A stretch of DNA of 64,000 nt, taken from NCBI GenBank assembly GCA_946965045.2, contig OX337237.1, forward strand, positions 2,170,001 through 2,234,000, in the 5' to 3' direction. The translations under genes were made by a program, and so were the position numbers. Source of the stretch: Epithemia pelagica. Taxonomy: Eukaryota; Protista; Bacillariophyta. Below are positions 57,371-64,000 of the stretch, one piece after another. The number at the start of each line of letters is the position of its first letter. The stretch's first letter is position 1. The notes beneath the pieces were generated by a model. It was not told the DNA's origin. It ran no database searches and saw only the letters and a list, made by a program, of their open reading frames with translations.

Positions 57371-58480
57371 TCGTTGTTTCACTTCGTTTTTGATATAGCG
57401 AACAAAGCCAAATGCTGAAATGGATTCGAGACTTCGAGCACCTTCACACCTCCAACGACCAACGACGTCAATTATTTGTGGAGATGATTGTGAGAATACG
57501 AGAAGCGACAAGGCTGAAACTTGAAACTGAAATCGAAACGAGAAGCATGAAGCATCATGAACCGAATACGAGTATTCCATTCGCTTCGGTTCCGTTGGAC
57601 ATGTTCCATATGTTCTATTATTTTTTACTTCTACTAGTCTACACCCTAGAGGTACGTTGAGTCATGAGATATCGTGACTGACTCTTATTTAGCATTGAGT
57701 GTACGAATGTATTCCAGATCTCATTCACGAATATGAACGACTCAATCTTGCGCTTGGGAGTATGACTTGTCACTTGCACCGGAAGAATCCGAAGATGACG
57801 GGACTGGATCAATTCTTCGAATTCTCTACCGGTAATTACACAGTCCAAGCACCATTGGAATGGTGAAAAAACGGACGATTTACCCGTAAAACGAGCCTGC
57901 CCCCAAAGAGTTTCATCCATCCATAAAATGAGATCTATAAGTCGGATTTTGATGAGCCCGGGTGGGATCGAATCCTCTTTTGAAATAGATTCAGATGATA
58001 TTCATAAGAAACTCAAAGTACTTCTAAAGTTACAGTTTCAAACATCTGGCATTTCGGATTGAAGACTTAACGGTACAAAATGCGCTGAGCATTACACATT
58101 GGTCCTATACAGATTTGAGCGGAAAGATTCAACGCATGGTGCTTGGACTGTGTAATTACCGGTACTTGTACAGATAGAGGACAACCTTGAACAGTCTGGC
58201 TGGACCCGCGCGCACATTCTCTTCACCAGTCTTGCAGACTCGGGAATGGGAAATGGGAACTGGCGTCAGACTGTCTGTCTGTCTGACGCGCACCCTTCAA
58301 AGACAGCGTGGCATTTGGCATTACTTTTTCTTCCCAAGTTCAATGCATGCCATGTTGCGTGTTGTTTGTTGCTGTAAGCCGACGAGACAACAAACACAAC
58401 CTAAAGAAGACACGTAGAGAGGACAGGAACAACCGCGCTCATTCTCATCTCTAAATCTCAGATGCCTGAACCCAGGAAAC

Positions 58481-59385
58481 ATGCTAGTCTTGAACTCTAG
58501 TGTTGTTGCCCTGTCGAGGACGACTCTGGGAAAGTGCAGGCATGCATGCGAAAGAAGTGGTTTTCATTGGATTGTGCTCAACAGCACTTCAACGTCGACG
58601 CGGTACATTCGTACCGGGCATCGGACAGTTGGGAATGTAGTTGATGCAACGACCGTAGAACAGAAAAAAGAGGAAGAAGAAACGGAGCCTTCCTTCCCAA
58701 CAATTGAAGACGCAAAGCAACTGCCACTCGCGTACCGAAAAATGGACAACGTGTCATTAGTGACCCTCGGTGGAATGGGTGAACATTCGGCGCGGAAGGA
58801 AATACTCATTCGGCATATCATGGCAGTTGACGAAGTACCTTATGAAAAAGCATTTCACACATTTCAGATGATCGAGGAAGCCAATGACAAGGGCATGTAC
58901 ATGTTGGGTTTGCCATTTTCGATCAGTGCTGCTGCTATGGTTTTCAGTGGTTTGGTTTCTATTCCTCTAGTATTTGACCTCGGCACGGTAGAATGGTTCA
59001 ATGATCGTTATGTCACGCTGGACACCCCACCGCCCAAAGATTTGGAAACATGGTTGGAAGTTGGGGCCTGGAGTTGGAATTGGATGGAACCTCTGCTGGG
59101 AACCTCAACCTTTGTTCTCATGTGCATGCAGTATTTCAGGTGAGACATATCTTTTGTTGCGTTGTCGCTGAGAAACAATGGATTCTCGTAGACACCCCCT
59201 CCATCTCAGCTTTAATCTTTGTTTCATTTTTGTTACGGGAAAGACTCAACATGGATCAGCTTGGTGTTAAGCCATACACACAACGTCTTAGAAATATGAG
59301 GGCAGAACGGTTGGCACAACAATTTCCGAGATATGATCGGGAAGTCTTAATGAACTACAGTGAGACGGCAACAATTTACAAATAG
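58481..59385 (+). CDS. Hypothetical membrane protein with a presequence-like N-terminus, 2 exons
   Basis: Donor GT at 59140 and second exon MDQLGVKPYTQRLR; two hydrophobic segments. Acceptor uncertain. Confidence 0.6.
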
Positions 59386-60066
59386 AGAAGCAGTGCTAGT
59401 ATACCTGCTGTGGATGTTGCAACGTTTTCCTAGTGAGCGCGGTTGCAATCATCGTCCTGTGATTGGATTGTCATGAATCATTACGAAAACATGATGTCGA
59501 TAGTCTAGAGTGTGGCAGGAAATATGCCAGTTTGTGAAGGTAGACGAAGAAACCCCAGGCTAGATAGTGCTGCTTGGTAGCATTTCGTCTTCGATATCTC
59601 TTCTGTTTTTTTGTCACTTTCACGCGGTGGGCTTCGATTCTGGCTATCACAATTCACAGTCCAAGTGTGGTTAGAAGAGATAGGTAAGGACTGCTCCTTT
59701 CATTTATCTCTTATGCACAGGAGTGCCCAGAATAGGCGTAAAGAATAAAGATAACGAGATACTCGAAAAGGAGTAAGTATACGGATATGCGAAGCAGTAG
59801 GTAGCGGCATAGGTAGGGGGCTATGAGAGTGAGAGTAGAGCTAGCTAGAAATAGCGCCATTGCGCGGTACGGGGATTCGGCATTTTTTTTGTGACGCATC
59901 TGCAATCTGCATTCTTCGAAGCTTCGGTTTGAGATCTTTCGCCATGTTGGCCCACACCCATCGAGATGCGAAGCTTTCGGATCAGAGAGATCTCTTTTCG
60001 CCTCAAGTCGTCACAAAAACGCAGAGTTTGGTGAAACGAAGCAGAAGAAAGATTTGGTGAAAGAAC

Positions 60067-61749
60067 ATGAAGGGTTTATACACTGTTGTCATTGCTTTAC
60101 TTGTGAGAGAAGGTGCAGGTTTCATCGTGAATGTTGGAGGTCCTGCAAGAGAAAGATATGTGACGAGAATCGTAACAAGATCATCCTCAATCAAAGATGA
60201 GGTTATCAATGGGGCGACAGCTACCATTGACGACGATGAGTCAACATTGAGCAAGCCAAGAATCGGAACTGCAGCTTTTCTTATCCCTCATTCAGAAGAG
60301 CAGCAAAAAAGTGTCATGAATTTCGGAAAGTCCGCACCCGTTCAATCGCCCAATGTCGTAGATGTTGTATCGCAGCTGGCACAAAAGTGTTATTGGTTTA
60401 CCGATGGGCTTGTTGACACGTCCATTGTACCCGTTCCGTTGGATGACGCCCACCTGCCGGGTCAACTACTGGAAACTGATGTGGTGATTGCAATGGGCCT
60501 GTCCTCTGAGTCGGATCTTGTATTCTGCGAGAAATTATTTGAAGACCGACGAAGTCGTAACGAGAAAACACAGGAAAATCGCCGATGTCAATTTGCTATT
60601 GATTGTGCCAAAGACTTCCCCGTCATTGTTGGCCCCTACGACGAGAAGTCTCCCAGCTTCCAATCTCTTTTCCTTCCCTGGACAAAAGCTGCAACTGGTC
60701 GTCGGATGGCTATTCAGATGAAAGATCTTTTCCAAAAATGGAGTTCAGACGAGTTTGTTTTTGCAATGCTGATATTTCTGAATGAATTTTCAGGCTCGAA
60801 GGTTGACTGGGTGAAGCATAGCATTGATGCCACGTGGGAAAAGGGACCGGTGCAGAATGCACGCGAGTTGTATTCCATGGTGTCCAAATGTGGAGATTGC
60901 ATCGTGGATTGTGTCAAAGACGACACATGCCGTGAATGTCTGGGGAAACTTACGGCTGTTGACACTCGTGATCAAGTGGCGAGCTATCGAACCATTGTCT
61001 CCTACGAATCAGATCTGTTGCGAGACTTCAGCTTCTGTATCTTGCAGAAACACAACATTTTTGGTTGCGACGCGTCGATACCGAAACTTCCAGTGGTATC
61101 GCCAATTACATCTTTCCGAGGGCAGCCTTTAACGAAAGAAACAGCTAATGCGATTTTGGTTGGGCACCTGGATGATGATACCTCTGTTTTAAAGGGAGGA
61201 AAGAAGAGAGACGTGTCCTGGATTGTGGCATGCGGTGCAAACGAGGCTTACGACAAGTTCCCGTCGCAAAACCAGCTTTTCTATCCGAACGCGAAGGGCG
61301 ACGGTATGTGGTATGATCCAGTATTTCGGGTGGAAACTCTGGACGGTCGTCATGTGTGGTGCAAACGACACTATCGCGTAAGACCCCAAAAGGTTCCAGG
61401 TACTTTTCGGTTCTCCGTATTGGACAACGGCATTACTTCGGACGAATTCTGGACCATTGCCGGGGTGGCAGACGATTTAAGTTGGATTGTCTTTCACTAC
61501 GCGGGTGCAGCGGCAGCCGTGGGACAACGATATATCGGCGGGCTACTTTGTACACCAGATGGGCAGTTGCCGGATGAAAAAGAATTACCAAAAGTATGGG
61601 AGGCAGTACGAGCGGCGGGGATTGAACCGTGGGAATTGTATGTGGTGGACAATGACACGATAACTCCCGAGTATATTGCGGCGGGACAACCACCTTTGGA
61701 ATTTTTCCGGAGTGAAGTGATGGCAAAACGAGAAGCTGGAAGTCCGTAA
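60067..61749 (+). CDS. VDR: Violaxanthin de-epoxidase-related protein
   Basis: Cys-rich KCGDCIVDC..C.ECL, SYES..L.DFSFCILQKHNIFGC, ACGANEAYDKFPSQNQLFY; signal ending AG|F. Confidence 0.85.
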   Translation: MKGLYTVVIALLVREGAGFIVNVGGPARERYVTRIVTRSSSIKDEVINGATATIDDDESTLSKPRIGTAAFLIPHSEEQQKSVMNFGKSAPVQSPNVVDVVSQLAQKCYWFTDGLVDTSIVPVPLDDAHLPGQLLETDVVIAMGLSSESDLVFCEKLFEDRRSRNEKTQENRRCQFAIDCAKDFPVIVGPYDEKSPSFQSLFLPWTKAATGRRMAIQMKDLFQKWSSDEFVFAMLIFLNEFSGSKVDWVKHSIDATWEKGPVQNARELYSMVSKCGDCIVDCVKDDTCRECLGKLTAVDTRDQVASYRTIVSYESDLLRDFSFCILQKHNIFGCDASIPKLPVVSPITSFRGQPLTKETANAILVGHLDDDTSVLKGGKKRDVSWIVACGANEAYDKFPSQNQLFYPNAKGDGMWYDPVFRVETLDGRHVWCKRHYRVRPQKVPGTFRFSVLDNGITSDEFWTIAGVADDLSWIVFHYAGAAAAVGQRYIGGLLCTPDGQLPDEKELPKVWEAVRAAGIEPWELYVVDNDTITPEYIAAGQPPLEFFRSEVMAKREAGSP

Positions 61750-62120
61750 GAGTAAGTCTATATGAGTCAGTGCGAGTACTATCTTACTCCTATTGTATGT
61801 CATTGCGATTGAGTGTCGTAGGTGTAGACTGTCGACAGCATCGTTGTTCTAGCTTAGGGTAGTACCGATATATCTTGTTTGGGAAAGGTATCTTTTTCGA
61901 GATTCGATAGGCGCTGGGTTGTAGGTATCCATTCCTTCATGTTTTCTAGAGGATATCATAACAACCAAGAGTTCGTTGAAGTTTCTGTGCAAATGCCAAC
62001 ACATCTAGTGCTGATGCCAACACATAGTGTTGTTTTTTCAGTGTATCTTCTCCCAAACAGCAACAAAAGGGAATAATCATCTTTGCATCCTGGAAGCTGG
62101 AATAGAAAGCACACCCAATC

Positions 62121-63142
62121 ATGGAGTATGCTGTCAACTATCTTACAGGCTCCTTTCCGTACTCCGCGGAGTACTTGAATCTCGGTATGGCGTTGGAAGG
62201 GGCCATGACTGTGCGACGGGGAATAAACAAGGAGCGAAAGTTACACATGTTCCATGCATTCATGATATCCGTTGTTGCCGCATTTGGGGGTGGTATTTTC
62301 AACAGGATATGGATGGGACAAGTCAGTGGGATTATCTCAAACGATCTTTGTATGGGGTCTTGCATCATTGCCTTTGTATTGGTCAACCTGATACCTTTTG
62401 GATTCCAAGTATTTGAGTTCTTGCCCGTCAATGTTGTCATTATTTCTTGTGGGCAATTGTTTCGTTCCACCGCAATTCCTGTTTTTGTCAATAGCGCTTT
62501 CTTAGCATTCCAAGACAAACCCTCCGCCTACTACCCAATACCAGTGTTCGGCCCTATTATCTACGCAACATTGCTTGGAAATATGGGAGCTTTCCTCTTG
62601 AAAGGATTTGAAAAACACATCGAGAATGGTATGCCTTGGCCGATTCAAAATGGTACGCACGACATGTTTACGGGCTCTTCTACAAAGGAGTTCCACCTCC
62701 TCTGCATTTTCAACTCTGCAAATCGGATTACTCACATGATATAACAGGCATATTCTGTGCTTCGTTTTACCACTTTTATGTGAATGATAGAGAGGGGCCA
62801 ATTGGACAATTGCTGCGACAATATGTTCCACTGGCATCCATGTTGAATATGACCGATGAACTGTTTGCTGCCGTTTTTGTATCGTTGTTTATGCAGATTA
62901 CGGGAATTCTCAGAATGCCCGAGTTTCTCGGACCTTCCTTCTCTCCCTTTTCGGGCTACATTATTAGTCCATTTATGGACCTGTCTACTTGGAATGTAGG
63001 AAAGGGAGAAACAGAATGCGCAAAGCATCAAGAAGCAGAAAAGAAGCGGAAAAAGAAGAAGAAAAAGAAAAGCAAAAGCGGCCCGGACACAACCGTACAC
63101 GCTAGTGGAGAAATGGTGGCGGAAACTAAGAAAGATGTCTAG
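62121..63142 (+). CDS. TRIC (TMEM38)-like cation channel, 2 exons
   Basis: VVAAFGGGI and TLLGNMGAF glycine motifs with multiple TM helices; intron 62653-62747; Lys-rich tail. Confidence 0.7.
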
Positions 63143-63443
63143 AAATCATGTGTAGAGATTATTCAATATGATGTCTGGAATCAGTCTTTTTCCCACACCC
63201 AGGTTACGATGTTGTGGATCTGGAGTGAGTACTCCTACCGTATTGTACATTCTTCCATGTACTTCTCTAGAGGAGTAGGAGCAAGGTTTAGCTCTTTTGT
63301 TGGGGTAGGTGTAGTGATGGTAGATTTCTCTCGGGACTGAAAATCTTCTTCCAACGCCCTTCGCAGGCAGTTGACAATGGGATCTGGACTGTCGAAGGCA
63401 GCACGACAAGCGAGATCCAATTTTTATAAGAAGAAGCACAACA

Positions 63444-63911
63444 ATGGCAAACTTCGGTGAATTGGTGTTAGTGTTGGGAGATTTGCATATCCCACAACGT
63501 GCGTCCAAAATTCCAGCTCCTTTCAAACGCATGTTGGTTCCCAACAAGATGCAGCATGTCGTCTGTACTGGAAACTTGTCGGCGGAAGACTATGCTGAAC
63601 TGCAGTCATTAGCTCCCAACGTCCATGTTGTCGCCGGAGATGTTGATGTCTCTAGTTTTGACGCAGGGCATCAAGATGCATCTGGTTATTACACGAACAA
63701 TACGTCGCCATCTTTTCCCGAAACTTGTGTATTGCAAGTCGGAGCCTTTCGAATGGGTGTCATCCATGGACACCAAATCATTCCATGGAATTCTCGTGAA
63801 TCAATAGAACGGATGAGAAGAAAACTAAATGTGGATATACTGGTCACAGGACATACGCACCAAAATGAAGTCTCGGTGCTACAAAATGATCTTCATTTTC
63901 ACATAAACCCC
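63444..63911 (+). CDS. VPS29: Retromer subunit VPS29, first exon (partial)
   Basis: LVLVLGDLHIP, CTGNL, HGHQ, GHTH, INP followed by a gtaagt donor at 63912. Confidence 0.93.
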
Positions 63912-64000
63912 GTAAGTCAATTATGAGCGTAGTACTTGTGCTCTTGTGAAGACGGTCCATGGAACTGTTGCTGGTAGTAGCAGGGCACAGGATACTTCAA

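Noticed and set aside
57950-57980. tRNA-like T-arm and acceptor half on the minus strand (GGATTCGATCCCACCCGGGCTCA)
   Set aside because: No D-arm, anticodon arm or matching 5' acceptor strand is present.
40004-63926. Functional cluster of trafficking genes (BRO1, VTI1, VPS29)
   Set aside because: Spread over 24 kb among unrelated genes; likely chance.

Overview
Eukaryotic nuclear DNA, most likely from a diatom. Support: short GT-AG introns, a VDR gene, ASA-W and AG-F plastid-type signals, and diatom-type copia and LINE elements. The left two-thirds is accessory and TE-rich. Positions ~1-9.6 kb form a repeat-dense island carrying a decayed unknown gene, an MBD-domain gene and a frameshifted K/E-repeat + 2OG-Fe(II) dioxygenase gene. 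A full-length but inactivated APE-RT-RNase H LINE (~10.0-18.15 kb) follows, with a decayed Ty1/copia element (18163-24537) inserted at its 3' end. Next come DAK, a Crypton-like tyrosine recombinase-GCR1_C ORF, CDPK and histone H3. A second, 5'-truncated LINE sits upstream of pyridoxal kinase, and a tandem duplication (offset 1852 bp) creates an in-frame PDXK-LINE chimera. An intact-looking CTCCCTCC-type mariner (41408-43376) and a frameshifted UBC gene follow. From ~46 kb on are mostly ordinary genes (SGNH-like, VTI1, RbfA-like, TrmA, DUF2993, HMG box, VDR, TRIC, VPS29). The main leads are: (1) LINEs ending in a conserved structured 3' element plus oligo(T) rather than poly(A), with an orphan third copy; (2) the MBD + dioxygenase + motif island as a possible anti-silencing cassette; (3) the PDXK-LINE chimera. 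All family calls come from motifs recognised by eye, not database searches. Several 1-bp frameshifts sit in homopolymers and could be sequencing errors.
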